A stretch of 64,000 nt of DNA, taken from positions 24,512 to 88,511 of the forward strand of contig QZIL01000093.1 in NCBI GenBank assembly GCA_003599025.1. Direction: 5' to 3'. The position numbers and the translations under genes are program-made. The notes under the pieces are model-generated. The model worked only from the letters and a program-made list of their open reading frames with translations, made no database searches and was not told the DNA's origin. How positions within the stretch are numbered: the stretch's first letter is position 1; each line of letters opens with the position of its first letter. This DNA is from Nitrospiraceae bacterium. Lineage in GTDB: Bacteria; Nitrospirota; Thermodesulfovibrionia; UBA6902. Positions 38,919-48,005 of this stretch are shown here, in pieces.

Positions 38919-40610
38919 ATGAGAAACAAAATTATTGTGGCCTTTGCTCGACAGCTAAACATCTTATGTTCTCATTTTCTATTTATTGCAATCTTCATGG
39001 CCTTTGCCTCTTCAGGGGCCTTTGCCGAAGACAGGGGAAGAAAGGAATTCTGGATAAACAAATACGGAATAACAAAAGAATACAGGTATACTGCGCGGGC
39101 ATACGCAGTGTTTGAGAGGGTCCTTGCTGCAGCCGACAGGCGGACCGGGATTGAACCTGCTTTATATATTGTGGATTATGATAAAACACCCTGGGCGCAG
39201 GCCCTTGCCGACGGTTCAATAATCCTGTCGAGAAAGGGCCTTGAATTTTGCTACAGCAGACAGGCCCCTGAAGACGGTGACTCGAGGCTGGCCTTTGTAA
39301 TAGGTCATGAGCTGGCCCACCAGTTTAACGGGGACTTCTGGCATTACAAATTCCTGAGAACAGCAGAAGACAGCGATGATAACATCCGGGCCTTTCAGGA
39401 CATAAAAGAACTCGCAAAGAGCACGGACATGCTTCTGGCCAAGGAACTGCAGGCAGACCAGTATGGCATTATTTTCGCCACAATGGCTGGTTACAACAGT
39501 GACAGGATCATTGCCGGTGACAGGAATTTTTTCCTTGAATGGGCTGAAAAAGAGACGCCTTCAGGCCGTCTGACCGAAAATCTCCGGTCCCTGTCCAGCA
39601 AAAGGGCAAAGGCTGTGTCAATGCGTCTCCAGGAAGTTTCGGACAGGATAGTCCTTTTTGATATGGGGGTCATCAGTTACCACCTTGGAAGGTTTGATGA
39701 GTCCCTGGTGCTTTTTAAAAGGTTTGCTTCCTTTTTCCCGGGCAGGGAGGTCTATACAAATGTCGGCACAATATACCTGCAGATGGCCTACAATAAATTC
39801 CGTATGGCAAGGAGTCCCGAGTCTTTTCCCTATGCACTCTCTTTCGGTATTGAAAAAAGGACGAGGGCCGAGTCTATTGATATTGCTTCAAAGGGCTTTA
39901 CAGAAACCGGGTACCGGGAATATAATGAGCTACTTCACATCGCGACCGATAATCTGAAAAAGGCGATTGAATATGATCCGTTTTACCACGAGGCAAAAAA
40001 CAATTTAGGATGCGCCTATATTATGGAAAACAGATATTATGACGCGGTATCTGTACTTGAGGATGCATTGAAGTCAGCACCTGATAGTGCTAAAATCCAG
40101 AATAATCTGGGGGTCGCCTATATTATGCTTGGACAATCAGTCGGCAGTAAGGGCCTTCTGGAAAAAGCGGAAAAAATGTTACTGGCTGCCCGGACCAGGG
40201 ACCGGAAGGCAGGCAGTAATTTCACTTCCTATCAGCGTATGTTTACGGATTTAAACAGCGGCCCTGAATCAGATAGTCCGATTGATGACCCGTTTGATGA
40301 TATTAATATTGAATTCAAGTCTTCTCCAAAATATAAACCTGAGATGAGTGTTTCTCCCGGGTACGGCCTTTCTTTGCTGGAAGTGATTTCTGACAGGGGG
40401 GATTCTGATCTGAAGGTTTTAAAGAAGGTCAGGGAAAATATATTCATCCTTGCCATGGGAGACAGAATTCGTCTGGTCTTATATAAAGAACCATCTCAAC
40501 TGATTACAAATATAAAAGGAGGTGAGCAGAGAAGCGTCTATGTGTCTGGCACGGGCAGGAACGGCGTTGTTATTTCAGTAAATACATCGCCTGATTATTT
40601 TGAATTTTAA
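38919..40610 (+). CDS. M48 family metallopeptidase with TPR repeats (BepA-like)
   Basis: signal peptide; HELAHQ zinc motif; C-terminal TPR-like repeats (NNLGCAYIMENRYYDA..., NNLGVAYIMLGQ). Confidence 0.7.
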   Translation: MRNKIIVAFARQLNILCSHFLFIAIFMAFASSGAFAEDRGRKEFWINKYGITKEYRYTARAYAVFERVLAAADRRTGIEPALYIVDYDKTPWAQALADGSIILSRKGLEFCYSRQAPEDGDSRLAFVIGHELAHQFNGDFWHYKFLRTAEDSDDNIRAFQDIKELAKSTDMLLAKELQADQYGIIFATMAGYNSDRIIAGDRNFFLEWAEKETPSGRLTENLRSLSSKRAKAVSMRLQEVSDRIVLFDMGVISYHLGRFDESLVLFKRFASFFPGREVYTNVGTIYLQMAYNKFRMARSPESFPYALSFGIEKRTRAESIDIASKGFTETGYREYNELLHIATDNLKKAIEYDPFYHEAKNNLGCAYIMENRYYDAVSVLEDALKSAPDSAKIQNNLGVAYIMLGQSVGSKGLLEKAEKMLLAARTRDRKAGSNFTSYQRMFTDLNSGPESDSPIDDPFDDINIEFKSSPKYKPEMSVSPGYGLSLLEVISDRGDSDLKVLKKVRENIFILAMGDRIRLVLYKEPSQLITNIKGGEQRSVYVSGTGRNGVVISVNTSPDYFEF

Positions 40611-40720
40611 TCGGGATAACTCTGTCCGTCCAATAATAATTACAATGATACTTTCCCTCACCCGGACCGGTTCTGAGAGCAGGAGGGCGATATTAAGGGA
40701 ACAAAAAAAGGAGGTCAGTA

Positions 40721-41311
40721 ATGAAAAAAGCTGTGAGGTTATGGTTTGTCTTATTATCAGCAATGGTATTGATTTCAGGATGTGCAGGCAGCAAGAAAGT
40801 GACCGATATGACACCGATACAGGAACTTAAGGCCCCTGAATGGGTAATGAAGGGAAGCGGTGCATTTGGCGGGGAAAAGGGCAAGGTGTTTTACGGGGTG
40901 GCGTCAGCCTCAAGGATGCAGAACATTTCCCTTATGCGTACTGCCGCAGACAACCGGGCGAGGAATGAAGTCGCAAAGGTCTTTCAGTTTTACACAGCGT
41001 CTCTGATGAAAGATTACGCTGCATCTACCGTTGCAGGAGACCCTGATGTCAGCTCTGAGGAACAGCATGTTGAGCAGGCCATAAAGACAGTCACGTCAAT
41101 GACTCTGTCCGGTGTTGAAGTTGTAGACCACTGGCAGAACCCTGCCACTCAGGAATTCTTCGCCCTTGCCAGGCTGGACCTCAATTCATTCAAGGACAAC
41201 TTTGACAAGATGCAGACCCTGGACAAGAAGGTAAGAGATTACATCAGAGAAAACGCGGACCGCATGCACGAGGAACTCGAAAAAGAAGAGGCAAAAAAGG
41301 CGGGCCAGTAA
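40721..41311 (+). CDS. LPP20/FlgP-like lipoprotein
   Basis: RBS aaggagg; lipobox LISGC; PEWVMKGSG...GVASA...AADNRARNEVAKV LPP20-type core. Confidence 0.55.
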   Translation: MKKAVRLWFVLLSAMVLISGCAGSKKVTDMTPIQELKAPEWVMKGSGAFGGEKGKVFYGVASASRMQNISLMRTAADNRARNEVAKVFQFYTASLMKDYAASTVAGDPDVSSEEQHVEQAIKTVTSMTLSGVEVVDHWQNPATQEFFALARLDLNSFKDNFDKMQTLDKKVRDYIRENADRMHEELEKEEAKKAGQ

Positions 41312-41411
41312 CAGGTAAATTGACGGGTTGCAGGGGGTGACATTTGCTCTGCAGCCCGGACATAAATTCGAAGTTGCTGAGAAGGCCATAAGTATGATTA
41401 CAACTTGGTTC

Positions 41412-41487
41412 GTCATTCCCGCAATACGTTGAGCGGGAATCCATTTAAGGAACTGGATACCTGATTAAGGACTTTGGGTATGACAGT
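41412..41487. repeat. family-A element
   Basis: GTCATTCCCGCaatacgttgaGCGGGAATCC...GGGTATGACAG; related to the 52375 copy. Confidence 0.65.
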
Positions 41488-41545
41488 CAATAACGGATCA
41501 TACATATAAGCTTATTGATAGGTAATTAGGATATGTGAGGTTGCC

Positions 41546-41995
41546 ATGAAAAAACTTTTTCTGACATTAACAATAATTCTGTCTATGACCGGCACGGTCT
41601 TTGCCGGCCCTGAAAGAGTAACGCTGATTACAGAGGATGAAGGCGCCATGAAAGATGCCCCCCCAGGACTTTATGACGTGGGGAGGGTTCTTAACACCGG
41701 TCCTGAGATAAAGATTATTTCACCCGAAATTGCAGATGAATATCATCCCCCTGTTGACATTAACATTGTTTTTGAACCGACAGATGATGCGAAAGTCGAC
41801 ATGTCAAAGTTCAAGGTTGAGTATATTAAAATAATGTCTCTTGATATTACAGACAGGTTTTTGCAATACACAACTAAAGATGGGATAAGGATCAAGAATG
41901 CCGACTTCCCGAGAGGCAAACACAAATTGAAGGTCACTATCGGGGATGATCATGGCGGGATAACTGAGGAGATATTTACAGTCAAGCTGCTGTAG
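41546..41995 (+). CDS. secreted hypothetical protein
   Basis: 149 aa with signal peptide (TGTVFA/GPE); no family recognised. Confidence 0.45.
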   Translation: MKKLFLTLTIILSMTGTVFAGPERVTLITEDEGAMKDAPPGLYDVGRVLNTGPEIKIISPEIADEYHPPVDINIVFEPTDDAKVDMSKFKVEYIKIMSLDITDRFLQYTTKDGIRIKNADFPRGKHKLKVTIGDDHGGITEEIFTVKLL

Positions 41996-42191
41996 TTTTT
42001 TAGTGTTCCGGCGGTCTGCGGCGATCAGACAGAAGACTGCTGAAACCAATTGTCATTATTAGAAACTGTCATGCCCGTTCCGTGACAAAGCGCGGAACGG
42101 GTCTCCGGTTATTTAAAGAGCTGCTGCCTGTTCCATAAGTTATGACGCTGAGGACAGGTTTTACCGGAATTATAGAAAAAGGACACGAAGC

Positions 42192-42839
42192 ATGTTCAGA
42201 TTACAGTCTCTTTTTTCATTGCTGGTTTTTCTGATTGCATTGGCAGACGGTGCCTCTGCAGGGTCTGCTTATGACAATGTTTACGCGGAATACCCGAAAG
42301 ATAAATACCTTGTGGGTATAGGCGAGACCGGCAGGACCGGGAATTTCCTGAATGACAAAAGGGTTGCTGAGGTGCTTGCGAGGCTCGAAATTGCCAAGCA
42401 GATAAAGGTCAGGCTCAAAGAAGAAACCGTAGATATAATGTGTGAAGGCGGGGCAGCAAGGCTGTTCAAAGACATGCGCGAATGCAGAAATGAATTTGTC
42501 ATGGTAGTTGAAGTCACTGTCGATGAGTTTCTTTCGGGCTCAAAGATAGTCAGTCATTGGGAACAGGATGGAATTGTATATGCAGTAGCTGTACTGCCGA
42601 AGGCAGAGGCTGTCAAAGAACTTGATGACAGGTCAAAGGAGTCGGCAGACAGGACCAGGGAAAATATTGAAAAGGCCAAAAACGGAGACGACGGGGCTGC
42701 TGGCGAAGCACAAAGGGAATATATGAAAGCAGTGACATATGACAGGGAAAAAGAGATGCTTGACGGAGTCAGAAGCCGTTCATCGGACATGTTTGATGAG
42801 CTTGAGAAGGAGTTGGTGAAGCTGGGGGGTAAGGAATGA
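42192..42839 (+). CDS. LPP20-like secreted protein
   Basis: 215 aa; signal peptide; YLVGIGETG...AEVLARLEIAKQIKVRL core similar to 40721 and 45301 products. Confidence 0.5.
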   Translation: MFRLQSLFSLLVFLIALADGASAGSAYDNVYAEYPKDKYLVGIGETGRTGNFLNDKRVAEVLARLEIAKQIKVRLKEETVDIMCEGGAARLFKDMRECRNEFVMVVEVTVDEFLSGSKIVSHWEQDGIVYAVAVLPKAEAVKELDDRSKESADRTRENIEKAKNGDDGAAGEAQREYMKAVTYDREKEMLDGVRSRSSDMFDELEKELVKLGGKE

Positions 42840-45160
42840 AAACCATAAAGATGGCAATGCTGCTTTTGGTCCTTATTATGCCGGCATATGTTTATTCTGC
42901 CGACAACAAAAAAGATCCCTCTCAGAATGGGGAGAAAACTGACTTCAGGATATTTAAGGGCCATTCAGAGGAAGTTCTCACGATTGCCTTAAGTCCGGAC
43001 GGCCGGATGCTGGCATCGGGTGGTGAAGATGAAATTGTTATTCTCTGGAATGTATCCACCGGAGAAAAGATAAGGACGCTCAAGGGACACTCGGGCCATG
43101 TTACGGCACTGTCCTTCAGTCCTGCCAACCAGACACTGGCTTCTGGAAGCAAGGACAAGAAGATAATTATATGGGATGCAGCTACCGGTGAGAAGATAAA
43201 GGACTTCAGTGACGACAGCTTCGATGCTGTCCTGTCAATTGCCTTCAGTCCTGACGGCAAAAGCCTTGCGGTCGGAAGTGAGGAGGAAACCATTACCTTA
43301 TGGGACCCGGAATCTGGAAAGACAATAAGAACTCTGAAGGGACATTCAGATGAAGTCTGTTCCCTGGCCTTCAGCCCAGACGGAAAATTGCTCGCCTCAG
43401 GCAGCGGTGATAAAACAATTATTATATGGAACCCTGTGACCAGCGAAATCCGCAACACCCTGAAAGGCCACAAAGATACGGTAAACTCTGTGGCGTTCAG
43501 TCCCGATGGCCGGGTGTTGGCCTCTGGTAGTGAGGACAGGACAATCGCCCTCTGGAATATTGCTTCCGGGGAAAAAATAAATATGCTGACTGACAATAAA
43601 GACTCTGTGCAGTCTGTTGCCTTCAGTCCTGATGGAATGCTTCTCGTCTCAGGCAATGAGGACGAAACCGTTACCATATGGGACGCGCAGACCGGAGGTA
43701 AACTAAAAATTCTTTCAGGGCATAAGGACATGATTACATCAGTTATATTCAGTCTGGATGGAAGCTCCCTTATATCAGCCGGTGAGGACAGAAATATAAT
43801 TGTCTGGAATACCGGCTACAGGACCTCATTCGCAGGTCCGCCGGCATCTGTCCCCTCACCCGCTGCTCCCCTGTCGGCAACAAAGGCCCCGGCAAATAAA
43901 ATCCCGGAAGTCAAGGTCCCGACTGTTAAAACCCCGGCATTTGCCCCTAATCTCCCTGTTCTGGCTGCGCCTGAACTGATGTACGATGTCAGGGTGGATG
44001 ATGCGAATGGCAACGGGATTTTCGAGGGAGGAGAAACTATCAAAGTGACAGTGAATATTGAAAACAGGGGCAAGGGTGCTGCCGAGGCTGTTGAGATATT
44101 GGTGTCCGGCAATAATTCACTGATATACTGCCTTGGAAACAGCAGGGTTGTGGGCGATGTTGGCCCCGGCAGTAAAAAAGATGTAATCCTGCAATGCACT
44201 CTGCCCACTCGCCTTAAGGCTGAAACAGCCCACATTTCTCTGGAACTGGCAGAGCAGAGGGGTTATTCACCCGCGGAAATAAAGTCCTTTACTGTTGCCA
44301 TGAAACCAGCTGATATAATAAAGACCGAGCACATAATTTCCCGGCATATAGATGTGGATGTGGTCCCTGCAAAAAACAGTAATTTCAGGAGGGACAATTC
44401 ATATGCTCTTGTAATAGGGATCAGCAATTATCGTGACAAGGAAATTCCTCCGGTCAAATACGCAAAATCAGACGCGGAGAAATTTGCAAAGTACCTCGAA
44501 AATATCGGAGGGGTCCCGGCAAAGAACATCAAGCTGGTCACTGACGAGATGGTGACCAAGGGTGACATTGAAGCATATATCGAAGACTGGCTGCCGAGAA
44601 GGATAAAAAAAGATTCCGAGGTCTTTGTTTATTATGCCGGACACGGTACTCCTGACCCCCGTACCGGTGAGGCATATATTGTACCATATGACGGAAATCC
44701 TGATTACAAATCAAAGCTCTATCCCCTTAAAAGGATGTATGCCTCTTTAAACAAGCTGCCGTCAGAACAGGTTGTTGTTATGCTGGATTCCTGTTTCTCC
44801 GGAGGAGGGGAGAGGGGTGTAATGAGTCAGGGGACCAGGCCTGTAAGTCTGTCTGTTGAGAACCCTATCCTGGCCGGAGGGAAGGTTTTTGTACTTGCTT
44901 CAGCTTCAGGGACGCAGATAAGTTCAGATTTTGATAAGGTAAAACACGGATTATTTACTTATTATCTTCTTAAAGGGATGAAGGGCGATGCGGACGAAGA
45001 CATGAACGATAAAATAGAGCTTCAGGAACTCTATAAGTATGTAAAGCATAACGTCTCTGAGACCGCATCATCTGAACTGAACAGAGAACAGATGCCTGTG
45101 CTTCTGCCTGATATGGAGCAGCACAGACCTGCAGCGATCGAAATAACAAGGGTGAAGTAG
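42836..45160 (+). CDS. secreted WD40-repeat / CARDB-like / caspase (peptidase C14) fusion protein
   Basis: 774 aa; signal peptide; seven WD40 blades (LASGS.D..I.IWD); CARDB-like middle; C-terminal caspase fold with His (YYAGHG) and Cys (LDSCFSGG) dyad. Confidence 0.8.
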   Translation: MKTIKMAMLLLVLIMPAYVYSADNKKDPSQNGEKTDFRIFKGHSEEVLTIALSPDGRMLASGGEDEIVILWNVSTGEKIRTLKGHSGHVTALSFSPANQTLASGSKDKKIIIWDAATGEKIKDFSDDSFDAVLSIAFSPDGKSLAVGSEEETITLWDPESGKTIRTLKGHSDEVCSLAFSPDGKLLASGSGDKTIIIWNPVTSEIRNTLKGHKDTVNSVAFSPDGRVLASGSEDRTIALWNIASGEKINMLTDNKDSVQSVAFSPDGMLLVSGNEDETVTIWDAQTGGKLKILSGHKDMITSVIFSLDGSSLISAGEDRNIIVWNTGYRTSFAGPPASVPSPAAPLSATKAPANKIPEVKVPTVKTPAFAPNLPVLAAPELMYDVRVDDANGNGIFEGGETIKVTVNIENRGKGAAEAVEILVSGNNSLIYCLGNSRVVGDVGPGSKKDVILQCTLPTRLKAETAHISLELAEQRGYSPAEIKSFTVAMKPADIIKTEHIISRHIDVDVVPAKNSNFRRDNSYALVIGISNYRDKEIPPVKYAKSDAEKFAKYLENIGGVPAKNIKLVTDEMVTKGDIEAYIEDWLPRRIKKDSEVFVYYAGHGTPDPRTGEAYIVPYDGNPDYKSKLYPLKRMYASLNKLPSEQVVVMLDSCFSGGGERGVMSQGTRPVSLSVENPILAGGKVFVLASASGTQISSDFDKVKHGLFTYYLLKGMKGDADEDMNDKIELQELYKYVKHNVSETASSELNREQMPVLLPDMEQHRPAAIEITRVK

Positions 45161-45194
45161 AGGTACTAAGACATAACTTAACAAAGCCTCATGC

Positions 45195-45253
45195 CCGTCA
45201 TTCCGGGCTTGACCCGGTCGGATCGACTCGCCCCGACCTTCGCGGGAATGACA
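45195..45253. repeat. family-A element variant
   Basis: cGTCATTCCGGG...GGTCGGatcgactcgcCCCGACC...CGCGGGAATGAC. Confidence 0.6.
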
Positions 45254-45300
45254 AACAAGGTGGCTTTCAATATGTAGTTGTTAGTAAGGGGTAGGTTCAC

Positions 45301-45837
45301 ATGAAGTTATTTCTGACATCGATTTTTCTTTTTTCATTCTTGACAGCCTGCCAGTCAGCCTATGTCAAACCATCAGGCCCGCCGCCTGCCTGGGTGGTCA
45401 GGACGCCTGATATGAAAGGCATGATCTGTGCTGTCGGGGCAAGCGGTCCCACGTATTTCAGGGATGACGCGCAGTTGAATGCTGCTGAAAACGCGAGGGC
45501 GGAGCTCGCAAGGACGATAAGCGTCAGCATTAAGAACATAATGGTCGAGATGACTTCTGACAAAGGCAGCTATATTGATGACGCGACCGTAAGTGAGGTC
45601 TCGTCTTGGGCCACCTCGGCAGTTGTGGAAAATTCCAGCATAATGGAGTACTGGTATGACGCGGACGGTCAGGTGTCGAAAAAGGATTTCACCTATGCCC
45701 TTGGCTGCATGCCGCGCAAGTTTGACAGGAAGTCTCTTGAGGCGCACATGTCTGATTCACATTCTGCCGGCCAGGGGAGTCATAATGACATCAGCCGCGC
45801 GGCAGATGAGATACTCAGGCAGCTTGAGGGGGAGTGA
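45301..45837 (+). CDS. LPP20/FlgP-like lipoprotein
   Basis: 178 aa; lipobox LTAC; PPAWVVRTPD...AVGASG...AAENARAELARTISVSI. Confidence 0.55.
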   Translation: MKLFLTSIFLFSFLTACQSAYVKPSGPPPAWVVRTPDMKGMICAVGASGPTYFRDDAQLNAAENARAELARTISVSIKNIMVEMTSDKGSYIDDATVSEVSSWATSAVVENSSIMEYWYDADGQVSKKDFTYALGCMPRKFDRKSLEAHMSDSHSAGQGSHNDISRAADEILRQLEGE

Positions 45838-45925
45838 ATGCTTATGTTGGTTCAATCATTCTGATTGAACTATAAAGCTAAATTATATGGAGCATCTCCG
45901 AAAAAGTGCTAATAAGCAGATGGTT

Positions 45926-45998
45926 GTCATTCCCGCGCAGGCGGGAATCCAGAGCCTTTGAAAGGACCAGATTCCGGTTTAAGGACTGCCGGAATGAC
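45926..45998. repeat. family-A element
   Basis: GTCATTCCCGCgcagGCGGGAATCC...gccGGAATGACag; overlaps the 5' leader of the FGE-like gene. Confidence 0.7.
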
Positions 45999-46007
45999 AG
46001 GAAGGGC

Positions 46008-47054
46008 ATGAAAAATATAATCCTGGCCATCATTATCTCTATGGTATTATCCTCTTATGCATTCGCTGCCGAGGTCAAGAACGTTGTCTCCTCCCAGTCA
46101 GGCAACCGCGTGCTCTTTGAATATGACCTGACCGGAGAAGAGAAAGAGGCTGACGTTAATATCACGATCACCGTCAACGGCACGGCCTATAGCGCAGAAA
46201 AGCTCTACCTTGAGGGTGATTATGGGAAGGTCAGCTTAGGCAAGGGTAGGAAGATATACTGGAACGTGCTCCAGGACTTTCCGAGGGGACTTAATACGAC
46301 GTTTGAGTGGGAGATAACTGAGGGAGGCAAAGACTTCAAAGATCCGTTGACAGGAATGGAGTTTGTCTTTGTTAAAGGTGGGTGTTTTCAGATGGGGGAT
46401 ACGTTTGGCGATGGAGATGCGGATGCGAAGCCGGTACATGAGGTGTGCGTGGATGATTTTTATCTGGGGAAATATGAGGTGACTCAGAGGCAATGGAGAG
46501 AGGTTATGGGGAACAATCCTTCGTATTTCAAGAACTGTGGCGATGACTGCCCTGTGGAACAGGTGAGTTGGAACGATGTGCAGGAGTTCATTAATAAGCT
46601 GAATGAAAAGATAACCCCCCATAGTCCCCCCTTAGATAAGGGGGGAAGAAAAGGGGGGTACAGACTTCCTACAGAGGCGGAGTGGGAGTATGCCGTACGG
46701 AGCTGTGGGAAGAAGGAGGAGTACTCAGGTAGTGACAGTATTGACAGTGTGGCATGGTATGACAGTAATTCGGGAAGAAAGACACATCCTGTAGGGCAGA
46801 GAAGTCCTAATGGTCTCGGCATTTATGACATGAGCGGCAATGTATGGGAATGGGTACAGGACTGGTACGGGGAGAAATATTACGGTGAAAGTCCCAAGTA
46901 CAATCCTAATGGACCGAACAGTGGAACCGCTCGCGTGCTGCGCGGCGGGTCTTGGAGCAATATTACGAGGTATGCTCTCACATCCAATCGCGTCAGGTAC
47001 CATCCCGACTACAGATTCAACAACGTCGGGTACCGCCTTCTTTGGACTAAGTAG
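46008..47054 (+). CDS. secreted FGE-sulfatase (SUMF1/EgtB/PvdO) fold protein, apparently lacking the catalytic Cys pair
   Basis: signal peptide; N-terminal beta domain; FGE core (YRLPTEAEWEYA...NGLGIYDMSGNVWEW...RVLRGGSW...VGYRL). Confidence 0.8.
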   Translation: MKNIILAIIISMVLSSYAFAAEVKNVVSSQSGNRVLFEYDLTGEEKEADVNITITVNGTAYSAEKLYLEGDYGKVSLGKGRKIYWNVLQDFPRGLNTTFEWEITEGGKDFKDPLTGMEFVFVKGGCFQMGDTFGDGDADAKPVHEVCVDDFYLGKYEVTQRQWREVMGNNPSYFKNCGDDCPVEQVSWNDVQEFINKLNEKITPHSPPLDKGGRKGGYRLPTEAEWEYAVRSCGKKEEYSGSDSIDSVAWYDSNSGRKTHPVGQRSPNGLGIYDMSGNVWEWVQDWYGEKYYGESPKYNPNGPNSGTARVLRGGSWSNITRYALTSNRVRYHPDYRFNNVGYRLLWTK

Positions 47055-47276
47055 TTTATTAGTCTTTAGACTTTTTGCTTTTTTACACTTTGTTTTTTTG
47101 GGGTACAGGGGCATTGCCCCTGTAGAAAATAAATATGGAGGTAGGATAGGAGCACACTCCTCAGTCCCTTCTCGGAATCGAGTCAATACGACTTTATAGA
47201 GAAGAGATACAGTGAAACAACTTGAAATATGAAAAGTACATAAGTAATCTAATAAAAAATCATTAAATCGTTTATT

Positions 47277-47618
47277 ATGAAGAAGACAATAAAACCGCCT
47301 CTAAGAAAGTCTGTGCTGAACACCATATTAAAACGTCTGGTGGATAACCTTGACGTTGTCAAGATAATCCTATTTGGCTCCTATGCTTCAGGCAAGCCGA
47401 CAAAGGACAGCGACCTGGACCTTCTCATCATTCTGAATACCAAAGAAAAAGGGCTGAAACGCTATGCGATGGTCAGTGAGCTGCTTGAGCCGAGAAAAAT
47501 ACCGATGGACATCATTGTAAAGACGCCTGAAGAGATGAAGAGCAGGGCCAGGATGTTTGACCCATTTTTGAGAACGGTTCAGAAAACAGGGAAGATCCTC
47601 TATGAAAAACCAGCCTGA
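47277..47618 (+). CDS. nucleotidyltransferase (MNT-type antitoxin)
   Basis: 113 aa; LFGSYASGKPTKDSDLDLLIIL Pol-beta NTase motif. Confidence 0.8.
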   Translation: MKKTIKPPLRKSVLNTILKRLVDNLDVVKIILFGSYASGKPTKDSDLDLLIILNTKEKGLKRYAMVSELLEPRKIPMDIIVKTPEEMKSRARMFDPFLRTVQKTGKILYEKPA

Positions 47619-47988
47619 TGTCCTTGAATGGATATTGAAAGCAGAACAGGATTATGAGACTGCTGAAACAATGGCCCGCAGAAGGAAGAATCCTGTGCCT
47701 GATGTGGTCGGTTTCCACAGCCAGCAATGCATTGAAAAATATTTAAAGGCCTATCTCGTTTTGAAAAAGCTCGATTTTCACAAGACGCACGACCTGCTTG
47801 AACTCCTTGAAATAGCTCTCGCAAAAGATCCGCTCCTCGAAGGATACAGGGCCGACCTGCGACTGTTAAATCCATTCTCTGTTCAATTCCGTTATCCCGG
47901 TGAAAGCGCGACACTGGAAGAGTCAAAAACGGCATTGAAGGCCATGCGCAAGGTGCGGATGTTTATTAGAGAAAAGTTTAATCTGTAA
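47602..47988 (+). CDS. HEPN domain protein (toxin partner of MNT)
   Basis: 128 aa; overlaps MNT gene by 17 nt; HEPN fold with conserved ...FRYPG.. region. Confidence 0.75.
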   Translation: MKNQPDVLEWILKAEQDYETAETMARRRKNPVPDVVGFHSQQCIEKYLKAYLVLKKLDFHKTHDLLELLEIALAKDPLLEGYRADLRLLNPFSVQFRYPGESATLEESKTALKAMRKVRMFIREKFNL

Positions 47989-48005
47989 AGTCACAGGGAT
48001 GGGGC

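Noticed and set aside
42922-44235. Long minus-strand ORFs (269 aa, 139 aa) inside the WD40-caspase gene
   Set aside because: They sit fully within a well-supported plus-strand CDS with clear WD40 and caspase motifs and have no motifs of their own.
47104-47124. Perfect 8-bp hairpin TACAGGGG-cattg-CCCCTGTA downstream of the FGE-like gene, as a rho-independent terminator
   Set aside because: The T-run precedes the hairpin on the plus strand and does not follow it, and the minus-strand reading is followed by C/A-rich sequence. So it is not a canonical intrinsic terminator. It may still be a structured spacer.
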